Shown piece by piece: positions 17,627-26,626 of a DNA stretch of 64,000 nucleotides (positions within the stretch are counted from its first letter, which is position 1; each line of letters begins with the position of its first letter). Source of the DNA: a virus. The notes beneath the pieces are model-generated. The model was not told the DNA's origin, searched no databases, and was given only the letters and a program-made list of their open reading frames with translations. Where the stretch lies: positions 59,554-123,553 of the IMG/VR virus record IMGVR_UViG_3300048592_001371; one strand, written 5' to 3'. The translations under genes were made by a program, and so were the position numbers.

Positions 17627-19128
17627 AAAAAGAGAAGAAGGCCAAGAAGGGAAAATACAGCATCATCCCAGCCGCGTACAGCTACCTCAAGTTCGGAGGC
17701 ATTGGGCTGTACGTTCGGTACGCCAGAAGCAAGGTCAAAGAAGTCCATGTGAAGGAGAAGAAGTCAGACTACATCTGGCTGGAAACTCCAGACAGGGAAT
17801 TGTTGATCGTCAGCAACCTGAACAAGGAACTTCCCTTCTATCCGACCGAAGGTACGTTCGACGAATTCGTACCGGTCAGCCTGTTTCACCCGACGGCGAA
17901 CGATTTCGATTTTGACTTCTGCATGGTTAATTTCACAGAACATGCAATCGAGAAAGGCCCTCGTCAAAATCCCGGATTGAGGCTGGACAGGGAAACTTCC
18001 CACATTCAGATCATGTCGGATAGCGGTGGTTTCCAGTTACGGACAGGCGCCGCCGACTATATCAACCCCATCGAGCTTGCCGAGTGGTGTAACGACAACG
18101 TCAACATGACGATGGCGCTCGATATCCCCGTCTTGTACAACGACCGTGACTTGCTGAAACGCTCAGCACGCATTCAGAAGCGCAACAACGAAGTTATGCT
18201 CGAGCACGCACACCCGGAAATGGAACTTATCAACATTGTTCACGGCGCAAGCTGGGCAGAACGGAAAGAGTTCCTAACCTGGGTGGACAACGAGAAGATC
18301 GATCGACTCGCTATGGGTAGTGGTCTGGATCTGGGCGTGCTAGCAAATACGATCGGCCTAATGGATCTGATTCTTACGTCACGGCCATTCAAGCATTACC
18401 ACATTTTGGGTGTGTCGAATGCGCTGAGAATCATCCCGTTGATGCGGGCCGCCCATCATGGAATGGCGCCGCTGATTACGTCTGATTCCACGACGTACAT
18501 CATGCGGGCTACCGCTCGGATGTTCCTCAATTTTGAGACACTGATTTCCAAGCATACGACCACACCGATTGGTACGCAGCTGGCTTCTCGCAATGTGAAC
18601 AACCGAACGGACGTGCATTCATTGCTCCCGTGCTCCTGCGCCATTTGCAGTAGAATCCGCTATATGGACGTGTTCTCCTTGTTTGGAGGTCCCGTACATG
18701 CCTTGCTGTCGACGCATAACATGATCAAGTTCAACAGCTACCTCCAGGCCATGCAAGATTACATGCATTTGCCGTTCAAGGAGCTGAAGGAGATCTTGGT
18801 AGCTCAGCACAAAGGACATTTGGATCTTGACGAGAGCCTGCGTTCCGTGCAGTTCATCGACGAGATCGTAGATACGAACATTGCGAAGGCGGTGACAAAA
18901 TTCAGCCGGTACAAGGCCCGTTCCCGCTACGATCAGTTCGGGAGCAACAAGCACTTTGCCAAGAACAATTCTCTTTGGGGAGGGGAATATACAGGAACAG
19001 AACCGGCAGAGCTTGCTGGACAATCGAAAGTGAAACAGCTGGATCGTTTGAAACAGGTGTTATCCATGTATGAAAATCCGAAGTCGCTGAAACGTCCAAC
19101 AACAATCAAGAAAGGAAGGGGAGGTTGA
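17623..19128 (+). CDS. tRNA-guanine-transglycosylase-fold base-exchange enzyme (TGT/DpdA-like)
   Basis: IMSDSGGFQ, MALDIP, VHG, HILGVS, TSDST, and Zn site CSCAIC...HN. Confidence 0.85.
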   Translation: MKKEKKAKKGKYSIIPAAYSYLKFGGIGLYVRYARSKVKEVHVKEKKSDYIWLETPDRELLIVSNLNKELPFYPTEGTFDEFVPVSLFHPTANDFDFDFCMVNFTEHAIEKGPRQNPGLRLDRETSHIQIMSDSGGFQLRTGAADYINPIELAEWCNDNVNMTMALDIPVLYNDRDLLKRSARIQKRNNEVMLEHAHPEMELINIVHGASWAERKEFLTWVDNEKIDRLAMGSGLDLGVLANTIGLMDLILTSRPFKHYHILGVSNALRIIPLMRAAHHGMAPLITSDSTTYIMRATARMFLNFETLISKHTTTPIGTQLASRNVNNRTDVHSLLPCSCAICSRIRYMDVFSLFGGPVHALLSTHNMIKFNSYLQAMQDYMHLPFKELKEILVAQHKGHLDLDESLRSVQFIDEIVDTNIAKAVTKFSRYKARSRYDQFGSNKHFAKNNSLWGGEYTGTEPAELAGQSKVKQLDRLKQVLSMYENPKSLKRPTTIKKGRGG

Positions 19129-19130
19129 CA

Positions 19131-19646
19131 ATGACCATTATTCGCCGAGAGCTTTCGACACGTAGTCCTGAGACAAATCACAGTCTCAGTGCCGTGCTGG
19201 AGCTAGACGTTCCTCAAGGAACGCGACTCCCGTGGAGTTCTTGGTTGTACTCCGTGGAACGAGCCTTGTCCTACATGCTCGAATTTGCGTTGAAGAGCCG
19301 TCAGCTTGATTTGACGAACGACCTGTCCCGCCTCGCGTATCTGGTCAAGGATCAAATGCTTCCGCGCGAGCCAATGTCGTGTCTTTCGATGAACGTGACC
19401 AACTTTACGTTCGTCGCCCGTTACCAGATTGGTAAGGAAAATATCTCATTCGCCGTCACCCTTTTCTGGAACTACAAGGGGAATTTGAAGGCGACTCCAT
19501 TAGGAGATGTAAAAGATGCCTCTCAAGATTGCTCAGATACTCAAGGCCTCCACACCACAGCAGATGGACGGATCCGACTATGTGCAGATACGATCGGTAA
19601 AAAGCGGCGTGTTCAAAAAGACAAACACGCGGATTGTAAAATGTAA
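19131..19646 (+). CDS. Hypothetical protein, possible degenerate QueF-like T-fold
   Basis: GGAGG RBS. ELSTRSPETNHSLSAVLEL resembles the QueF EFTSLCPxTGQPDFATIxI segment (weak, by eye). Confidence 0.35.
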   Translation: MTIIRRELSTRSPETNHSLSAVLELDVPQGTRLPWSSWLYSVERALSYMLEFALKSRQLDLTNDLSRLAYLVKDQMLPREPMSCLSMNVTNFTFVARYQIGKENISFAVTLFWNYKGNLKATPLGDVKDASQDCSDTQGLHTTADGRIRLCADTIGKKRRVQKDKHADCKM

Positions 19647-19962
19647 GACGCTGTCAATAGCGACACCGGACGGAACTCCGAAGAAGAAACGCAAGGTCTA
19701 CACTTCCGTGGTCTACGGCGTTACGCCCCCTGACAAGAAAACGGGGAAGTACTTCAAATTGTCTGACAGCCAGGTCAAGGTTTCGTGCAATTGCGACGCC
19801 TTCGTTTTTCAGGGTGGTGAGTGGGCGCTCTGGAAGCACGGAGCCGCGGACATTGTCTACGGCAATGGACGTCCACCAGACGTTCGCAATCCTCGTTACC
19901 GGCCTTGGGCATGCAAACACTTAATCAAAGTCATGAAAGAGATTCTTCGGAGGCGTGTCTGA
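19516..19962 (+). CDS. SWIM zinc-finger protein
   Basis: VSCNCDAF...ACKHL; AGGAG RBS. Confidence 0.75.
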   Translation: MPLKIAQILKASTPQQMDGSDYVQIRSVKSGVFKKTNTRIVKCKTLSIATPDGTPKKKRKVYTSVVYGVTPPDKKTGKYFKLSDSQVKVSCNCDAFVFQGGEWALWKHGAADIVYGNGRPPDVRNPRYRPWACKHLIKVMKEILRRRV

Positions 19963-20480
19963 TGCTGCCTTATGACAAGATCGCGTCTGAGACGACTATC
20001 AAGCTTGCCATCCATCGCATCGCCGGCCGACTCAACCATCGCTTCTGTGACAGACGAGAAATACCGGTGCTGATGCCCGTCATGCTGGGCAGCTTCATGT
20101 TCTTCGCTCGTTTGCTCCCGTATCTCAAGTTTGCCTATGACGTGGATTATGTCCACGCCACCCGATATGCGGACAACAAACCCGGCGAGCTGACATGGAT
20201 CAAGGAACCTAACTGTCCCTATCCCGGTCGTGACATCGTTGTTCTGGATGACATATTGGACGAGGGGATAACCCTGTCCGCTATCAAGACAACGCTGTTG
20301 GACAAGTACGAGGTTGCCTCGGTAATGTGCGTCGTCCTTTTCGACAAGATGATCCAATACCCTAAGACAATCAAGCCCGACCTGTTCGGTCTAACTGTTC
20401 CAAATCGCTACGTCTTCGGATTCGGCCTCGATCACCAAGGCCATGAAAGACACCACACCAGCCTGTATGCCTTGAGATAG
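19962..20480 (+). CDS. hpt: Hypoxanthine/guanine phosphoribosyltransferase
   Basis: VVLDDILDEGITL PRPP loop and YVFGFGLD. TGATG coupling to the upstream gene. Confidence 0.9.
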   Translation: MLPYDKIASETTIKLAIHRIAGRLNHRFCDRREIPVLMPVMLGSFMFFARLLPYLKFAYDVDYVHATRYADNKPGELTWIKEPNCPYPGRDIVVLDDILDEGITLSAIKTTLLDKYEVASVMCVVLFDKMIQYPKTIKPDLFGLTVPNRYVFGFGLDHQGHERHHTSLYALR

Positions 20481-20488
20481 GAGAACAA

Positions 20489-21277
20489 ATGCAGCACACT
20501 GTTCAGTTTGTTGATAACAACATTGCCACGCGTGACTACTCACATATCAAAAAGAACCACCTCCTCGTCACGAGCGTGTTCTACACCGTACAAGGCGAAG
20601 GACCGCATGGGGGCATCCCGGCCGTCTTCATTCGACTTGCCGGCTGCAACCGGGGAATCAAGCGGGACTGCTGGTTCTGCGATACCAATTTTTTGTTCGC
20701 CGAGGGTACTCAACGCTCCTACACGGATCTGTTGGAAGAGATCGGCAAGCGGCAGGTTCGGCCCAGCCTGGACAAACCCCTCATAGTCATCACAGGGGGC
20801 GAACCGCTTCTGCAAGAAACCAATCTGGCTCCCTTCGTACATGAGCTTTGCGTCAATGGGTACCAAGTTCAAGTTGAAACGAACGGTGACCGGCTGCGCT
20901 TGAATTCGTTGCCGCGTGCCCTGATCGTAATGAGTCCGAAAGCCTCGATGCGGGCTAAGCGCTATACCAAACCGCACAAAGAGGCCCTAGAGAGGGCGGA
21001 TTACCTCAAGTTCCTGCTCGAAGCCAAAGAGGGCCCCTATCATGATGTAGCCGACTATGCGACTGACTTTGCTGACAGGAAAGGTTCCTATCGCGTCTTC
21101 CTCAGCCCGATTTCCGAATACGCTCGGGACATAGTACCGGGCGAAACCGCCAGCATGTGGACAGGTCTATACGACCGCGACATAGCGCGCATCAATCATA
21201 GCTATGCGGCTCGTTACGCTATGAAGTATGGCTACAGACTCAGCATGCAACAGCATCTGTATTGCACGGTAGAATGA
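20489..21277 (+). CDS. queE: 7-carboxy-7-deazaguanine synthase (radical SAM)
   Basis: YTVQGEG..G.PAVFIRLAGC, CX7CX2C, ITGGEPLLQ, ETNG, SPK and R.SMQ.H. Confidence 0.92.
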   Translation: MQHTVQFVDNNIATRDYSHIKKNHLLVTSVFYTVQGEGPHGGIPAVFIRLAGCNRGIKRDCWFCDTNFLFAEGTQRSYTDLLEEIGKRQVRPSLDKPLIVITGGEPLLQETNLAPFVHELCVNGYQVQVETNGDRLRLNSLPRALIVMSPKASMRAKRYTKPHKEALERADYLKFLLEAKEGPYHDVADYATDFADRKGSYRVFLSPISEYARDIVPGETASMWTGLYDRDIARINHSYAARYAMKYGYRLSMQQHLYCTVE

Positions 21278-21280
21278 TAA

Positions 21281-22330
21281 ATGAAGGGTAGCCACGTCCT
21301 CAACGTATTGAAATCAGTCACAGAAAGAATAGATGTCAATCACACCAGTGGACAGCTATTCGAGGTCCTGGACACCCTTCTCTACCGGGCGATCGACCCG
21401 ATTATCGAGAACTCGAATTACGTCGATCGCATGCTGAGTATCGTACTGGCCTGGTACACTCAGAATCAGCGTCGCAAGATATCACCCCTCCCCAAAGAAC
21501 GCTTCAACACCTACGTCATCGCCTTCCTGACGACCAAAGACGTAACGCTGCGGAAGAAAATCTACCGTCGCCTTGGTCTAGAGCGGAACATTACCTTCTT
21601 CATCGTCAGCCGTTGGTTGCAACTCCTGCGTCCGTGGCAAGATCTTCATATCCGACATACGCGAGGCGAGCCTGTTTTGCAGGAAATGGCCTCGATAGAG
21701 AGAAGCGTTCTGGTCTTCAACAACCATAATCTTTTCGCTATCATCCAAGAAGCAAAATGTTGGTACGAGAAATCGAGCGATTTCAAGCAGCGTCTCTTGG
21801 AGAAGTACATGCGCTTCATCATGCTCGAAGCGCTTCATCATTACAAAGCCCAACAGCTTCACAATCCCCACCTTCGCTTAGAGCTAGACGAGGTAGCACA
21901 GAACTTTGTCCTGGCTACCTACAAGGCCATCGACAAGTTCGACGCCAACCGAGGTACTCTCACCACGTACATCCAGAACTGGCTGAAGAACGCGAAGGTG
22001 TCAAACCACTTCCGGCATGAGTACGGAACGGCGTACAACATCCCACACAGCCGAAAAATGAAGATCGCTTCCAAAAGCGATACCACCACGAACAATCTGT
22101 ACGTTGAACTAGACAAAGAGGAGGTACTCGAAGTCGCCGACGAGCTTTCGGTAGAAGCCGACGTCGTGCGTCGCAATGAGATAGACTTCATCCGCATGCT
22201 GGCCAAAGAAGCAGACCCCGAAGGAATAGGTCGAATGTTTTTGGGGATAGGCGAATACTTCCCTACTCCCAACTTTGTAAATAAACACGAAGCACACAGC
22301 ACCACAGCAACAACCGCATCCACCTCTTGA
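21281..22330 (+). CDS. Phage sigma70-family factor (region 2 clear, region 4 apparently truncated)
   Basis: DEVAQNFVLATYKAIDKFDANRGTLTTYIQNWLK matches the sigma70 region 2.2-2.4 pattern. Confidence 0.75.
   Translation: MKGSHVLNVLKSVTERIDVNHTSGQLFEVLDTLLYRAIDPIIENSNYVDRMLSIVLAWYTQNQRRKISPLPKERFNTYVIAFLTTKDVTLRKKIYRRLGLERNITFFIVSRWLQLLRPWQDLHIRHTRGEPVLQEMASIERSVLVFNNHNLFAIIQEAKCWYEKSSDFKQRLLEKYMRFIMLEALHHYKAQQLHNPHLRLELDEVAQNFVLATYKAIDKFDANRGTLTTYIQNWLKNAKVSNHFRHEYGTAYNIPHSRKMKIASKSDTTTNNLYVELDKEEVLEVADELSVEADVVRRNEIDFIRMLAKEADPEGIGRMFLGIGEYFPTPNFVNKHEAHSTTATTASTS
22276..22283 (+). promoter_or_regulatory. TGTAAATA putative promoter upstream of the SSB gene
   Basis: Exact motif, 60 nt before the ATG. 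Confidence 0.55.
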
Positions 22331-22343
22331 TAGGAGATAATAA

Positions 22344-23693
22344 ATGCCTAAGATGGAACGCAAGACCGGCTTTGCCGGGGTAAAACCGCCACGGCGTGGC
22401 GGTAACAATGGGCCCAAGATGGAAGAGCTTTTTGACGTTCTCCAATGGCCCAAGAAGCCAGAGTACGTCGCATTCCGGTTCGTGCGCGAGGACCTTTTGG
22501 TTTCGGAAGGAGTCCACAAGGTCAAGATTCGCAAGAAAGACGGACAGGTGATCGAGATCACCAAGAAGTGCCTGGCCTACGATCCGGACACTCAAGAACG
22601 GGACAGCACCAAGAAATGTCCGTATTGCAAACTGGAGAACGCTCGTTTCTCCATGCGCTACTTTGCCAACGCAATCGTTCGTGACGTGCAAGAGAACGCA
22701 CCCCGGAAGCAGAAGCCACTGACCAAGGAAGAGAAGAAAACAGGCTTCAAGGATATCAATTCCGAATCCTGGACGCCTGTCCGGGTTGTTCGCATTCCCG
22801 CAACGGTGGCTGACAAGTTGCGCGAAATCGGCGAAAGGAACATTGTTAAGAAGGGCGACAAGAAGAAGTCGTTCTCCGTCACGCATCCGCAATACGGCAT
22901 CGACATCTCCATTCGTTTCGATCCGAAGAAACCCGGCACTGAGATGTACTCCGTGGACAAAGGAGAGCGCTCTCCTCTGACCGAGGAAGAGGAAGCTTAC
23001 TTGCTGTGGGATCTGACCAAGCTCCCACCCGTCGAAAGTCTTGAAGATGCCAAGGCGGAAGCTAAGAGCCTAGGCGAGCGCAACCCGGATGCCAAGAAGG
23101 GTAAGGGTCGCGATGAAGACGACGAGGACGAGGACGAAGATGATGACGAGGACGAAGACCTGAAGAAAAAGAAGGGTAAGGGCAAGTCCAAATCGAAACA
23201 CGATTCCGACGATGATGACGACGACGAGGACGAGGACGAAGAAGACGAGGACGACGAGGACGAAGAAGACGAAAAGCCCTCGAAGAAGTCGAAGTCCAAG
23301 AAGTCAAAATCGAAGTCCGACGACGAAGACGACGACGAATTAGACGACGAGGACGAGGAAGACGAAGAAGACGACGAGGACGAAAAGCCCTCGAAGAAAT
23401 CCAAGTCCAAGAAGTCGAAGTCAAAGTCAAAGAAATCGTCCGACGACGACGAGGAAGAAGACGATGATGACGAGGACGAAGACGACGAGGAGGAGGAAGA
23501 CGAAAAGCCCTCGAAGAAGTCGAAATCGAAGTCCAAGTCCAAGTCAAAGAAATCGTCCGACGATGACGATGACGATGACGACGATGACGACGATATAGAC
23601 CTCGATGACATGGACGAAGACGAGGAAGAAGACGAGGACGAAGAAGACGAAAAGCCCTCGAAGAAGTCGAAGTCCAAGAAGTCAAAGAAGTAA
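22344..23693 (+). CDS. gp32-like single-stranded DNA-binding protein with long D/E and K/S block tail
   Basis: C....CPYC, YFANAIVR, VRVV and HPQYGIDISI OB-fold pattern; directly upstream of recA. Confidence 0.7.
   Translation: MPKMERKTGFAGVKPPRRGGNNGPKMEELFDVLQWPKKPEYVAFRFVREDLLVSEGVHKVKIRKKDGQVIEITKKCLAYDPDTQERDSTKKCPYCKLENARFSMRYFANAIVRDVQENAPRKQKPLTKEEKKTGFKDINSESWTPVRVVRIPATVADKLREIGERNIVKKGDKKKSFSVTHPQYGIDISIRFDPKKPGTEMYSVDKGERSPLTEEEEAYLLWDLTKLPPVESLEDAKAEAKSLGERNPDAKKGKGRDEDDEDEDEDDDEDEDLKKKKGKGKSKSKHDSDDDDDDEDEDEEDEDDEDEEDEKPSKKSKSKKSKSKSDDEDDDELDDEDEEDEEDDEDEKPSKKSKSKKSKSKSKKSSDDDEEEDDDDEDEDDEEEEDEKPSKKSKSKSKSKSKKSSDDDDDDDDDDDDIDLDDMDEDEEEDEDEEDEKPSKKSKSKKSKK
23110..23690 (+). repeat. 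Low-complexity coding repeats: acidic runs alternating with EDEKPSKKSKSK
   Basis: GACGAAAAGCCCTCGAAGAA at about 23268, 23379, 23499 and 23646. Confidence 0.9.
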
Positions 23694-23709
23694 CAGGTGT
23701 GGTGCGTTA

Positions 23710-23743
23710 GCGGGAGCCTCTTAGACGGGGTTCCCGCCTTTTT
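23710..23743 (+). terminator. Rho-independent terminator
   Basis: GCGGGAGCC/GGTTCCCGC stem followed by CTTTTT. Confidence 0.75.
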
Positions 23744-23757
23744 GCAGAGGTATTCAC

Positions 23758-25155
23758 ATGGTCGCTCGAAAGAAAACGACTCGCGTAGAAAAAAGAAGCA
23801 AAAAAGCGAGTGAGGCAAAACCTAAATTTGCGTTCGACTACGGCGCCATCCTAGGCGACGTAGAGAAGAAATTTCGCATTACTTCCGGCTACGCCTCTAA
23901 TGTGGATCGGATGCATAGTGGCTCTTTGATTCTTGATCTGCTAACGGCAGGAGGAATCTACCCGGGACGCTGGTACTCCTTCATCGGAAAAGAAGCTTCA
24001 GGTAAGTCCACGGCCCTCATGTCTATAGCGGGCGCTTCTATTACGGCGAATGTCCCTCTTCGTCTCTACTATGACTTCGAAGGCTCGGTCGAAACTGGGT
24101 ATTTCTCGCAGATGCTTCCCATGAAGATATCCGTAGACGATCTCTTCGGTGTGAAGGACGCGAAGACAGGGAAGTACGTCAAGCGTGGTTTGATTGACCA
24201 CTACACTCCGGATGTGGCTGAAACGTTCTTCGATTCCGTAGCTTCCTTGCTCCGTCGCATGCCGGACAAGGTATTCGTCAAGGAGCGGAACAAGTGGTAT
24301 CTGGTGTTCGAGGACAACAAGCAGAACAAGACGTACAAAGAGCACTCTGACAGGTCTCTGTCTGGCGATGGCCATATCTACGTTGAAGCTGAGGACGGTT
24401 CGCCCCAGGCCGTGATATTCCTCGATTCGTATCCAGCAATGCTACCGGATCGTTTGGATGAAGACGATGCTGGTAGCGGTATGGCAGCCCAGGCCCGAAT
24501 GTTCTCCGAACAACTCAAGAAGGTTCGGCCAAAGTTGCGTCGCAAACACGTCACCGTTATCGGCGTCAATCAACTTCGTATGCGTCCGGGACCCAGCTTT
24601 GGAAACCCTGAATACGAGCCGTGTGGCGAGGCAGTGAAATTCGTAACCGACGGCCGTGTCATCATGCGCGCTGTATCCATTCCCAAGCACGCAGTCGGTA
24701 CTGGCAAAGTAGCAGAGGAAGACTCCGTCCTTTCAAAAGGGAATGACTCCTACCGCTACATCAAGTGCCAGATGGCTAAGAACAAAATGGGTCCGAATTT
24801 CCGCGAAGGCTACCTCCGTGTTTGGATGGACGATCCGAAAGGAAAAGGCCACGGCTTTGACCCAGTCTTTGACGTCTGGGAGTACCTGCATCTGACAGGT
24901 CAACTCAATGGCAACATGAAGAAATTCGAGATCACTATTGCCGAGACCAAAAAGACGTACAAGATGTCTTGGTACGATCTCAAAGAGCTTGTGCTGTGCA
25001 AAGGCGATGCTCTGAGGAAAGTGCATAAGAAGCTCAAACTCAAGGAACGGCTTGACCTGCGGAAGATAGCTCGGAGGCAGCTCAAAACTGGTGCCTCCGA
25101 ACTGCTCTATTCGGAAGCCAAGAACAAGGGCAAAGAGAAACCAACGGAGGAATGA
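23758..25155 (+). CDS. recA: RecA/UvsX-like recombinase
   Basis: GKEASGKST, DFEGS, FLDSYPAM, QARMFS, IGVNQLR, GEAVKF and KNK. Confidence 0.9.
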   Translation: MVARKKTTRVEKRSKKASEAKPKFAFDYGAILGDVEKKFRITSGYASNVDRMHSGSLILDLLTAGGIYPGRWYSFIGKEASGKSTALMSIAGASITANVPLRLYYDFEGSVETGYFSQMLPMKISVDDLFGVKDAKTGKYVKRGLIDHYTPDVAETFFDSVASLLRRMPDKVFVKERNKWYLVFEDNKQNKTYKEHSDRSLSGDGHIYVEAEDGSPQAVIFLDSYPAMLPDRLDEDDAGSGMAAQARMFSEQLKKVRPKLRRKHVTVIGVNQLRMRPGPSFGNPEYEPCGEAVKFVTDGRVIMRAVSIPKHAVGTGKVAEEDSVLSKGNDSYRYIKCQMAKNKMGPNFREGYLRVWMDDPKGKGHGFDPVFDVWEYLHLTGQLNGNMKKFEITIAETKKTYKMSWYDLKELVLCKGDALRKVHKKLKLKERLDLRKIARRQLKTGASELLYSEAKNKGKEKPTEE

Positions 25156-25706
25156 GAATGATTCATGCACGCGAAGACTACAATCGAATCCAGGATCCGA
25201 AAAACCACATTGGCGAAAACGAGCCTGTGTTTTTGTTGCGCGCGAAGGATATATCGGCCCCGGCCACGGTAGAGAAGTGGGCCGAACTGAATCGCCTTCA
25301 CGGTGGTGATCCGGAGCTAACACGTTTAGCACAAAATCAGGCTCAAGCCATGCGTGTATGGCAGAGTGTCTACGGCTGCAAGGCCGCCGATTATCGAGGA
25401 GAACCTATGTGTGAAGCTTGTGGTGAAGAAGTCAAACCAGCGTACTCTTTTTCGGAAGCCCTTCATTGGATGAAGCAGGGCAAGAAGATGGCTCGTACCG
25501 GATGGAACGGTAAGAACATGTTCGTCTATCTCGTTCAAGGCAGTACATTCAATGTCAATCGTGCGCCTCTGCTCGGTATCTTCCCGGAAGGCACCGAGGT
25601 GACATATCGTCCTCATTTGGACATGAAGTACGCGGACGGAACATTCGGCGTTTGGCTGGCGTCACAGTCCGACATCCTGGCAGACGATTGGGTGATGGTG
25701 GAGTAA
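25152..25706 (+). CDS. Two-domain protein with C-terminal DUF2829/Tad2-like immune-signal sponge
   Basis: FSEALHWMKQGKKMARTGWNGKNMFV...WLASQSDILADDW. Confidence 0.85.
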   Translation: MRMIHAREDYNRIQDPKNHIGENEPVFLLRAKDISAPATVEKWAELNRLHGGDPELTRLAQNQAQAMRVWQSVYGCKAADYRGEPMCEACGEEVKPAYSFSEALHWMKQGKKMARTGWNGKNMFVYLVQGSTFNVNRAPLLGIFPEGTEVTYRPHLDMKYADGTFGVWLASQSDILADDWVMVE

Positions 25707-26258
25707 ATGGAATACTCGGCAGATCGGTTGCCTTTCATGAAATTCGATGTGAGACTACCGGTCTTGTCTGAGGAGGGAACACCTCTTTTCAAAGTTCTGC
25801 TACCCGAGTGTACCGAGTACGAGTCAAGCGTGATTTGTGCCGATCTGACTACGTGCTCGGTTCGAGCCTTTGTTCGGAACGGCGAGCAATTGACTGACGT
25901 CCGTTTGAATACCTCCATTCTGGGAATAGTACCCTTGTTCTCGGATGGATCGCCGTATTCAGAAACTGTGTGGAGTGAACGGCCAGGGGGCTCGGAGCCC
26001 TCGATCACAATACGCCCGACTTGTTCCTCCATCACCAAAAACCTGATACCGCCAACGCGGCTTTTTCCGTTTCACAGAGCTCTGAAGCTGATGCTAAATG
26101 GAAACATTGCGCATCGAGAAAGCATCCAGCCTACGAAGCACTTGTTCCTATTCTGTAAAAAGATAGTGTATCGTAGCATGGATAATCCAGACCTCTGCTT
26201 CTATTACACACCCACGATAGAAGACATGCTGGCAACGGACTGGACGATTTCCGATTGA
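25707..26258 (+). CDS. Protein with divergent C-terminal DUF2829/Tad2-like domain
   Basis: FHRALKLMLNG...RES...YTPTIEDMLATDW. Confidence 0.6.
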   Translation: MEYSADRLPFMKFDVRLPVLSEEGTPLFKVLLPECTEYESSVICADLTTCSVRAFVRNGEQLTDVRLNTSILGIVPLFSDGSPYSETVWSERPGGSEPSITIRPTCSSITKNLIPPTRLFPFHRALKLMLNGNIAHRESIQPTKHLFLFCKKIVYRSMDNPDLCFYYTPTIEDMLATDWTISD

Positions 26259-26315
26259 ATCAATAAATAGCCCGAAGCGGGTAGCAGACCATTTTTCAAC
26301 ATTAGGAGTCCTACT

Positions 26316-26618
26316 ATGGCTAGAGCCAAAAAGAGCACCGCTGAGGCGGAAGATACCGAAAAGAAGGTGAAGAAGGTTCGCAAGGTCCGGAAAGCCAAGG
26401 CCGAGAAGCCCGCCAAGCCGGAGAAAAAGGTCCGTAAGGTCCGCAAGACAAAAGCCGAGAAGCCCGTCAAAGAAAAGAAGACGCGCCGAGTCAAGGCGAA
26501 AGTGAAGGCGGACAAGCCGGTGAAGGAGAAGAAACCCCGGGTCAAAAAGACCAAAGCGGCGAAGCCTGTCAAGAAGACACGGAAGGTCCGCAGGTCGAAA
26601 AAGGCCGATTCCGAGTAA
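26316..26618 (+). CDS. Histone-H1-like basic DNA-binding protein
   Basis: Repeated KKVRKVRK and KAEKP units; extremely K/R/A/V-rich; AGGAG RBS. Confidence 0.75.
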   Translation: MARAKKSTAEAEDTEKKVKKVRKVRKAKAEKPAKPEKKVRKVRKTKAEKPVKEKKTRRVKAKVKADKPVKEKKPRVKKTKAAKPVKKTRKVRRSKKADSE

Positions 26619-26626
26619 CAACTCCG

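Noticed and set aside
22997-23818. Minus-strand poly-Ser and Arg-rich ORFs (273 and 207 aa)
   Set aside because: Shadow frames of the GAC/GAA/GAG repeats in the SSB tail.
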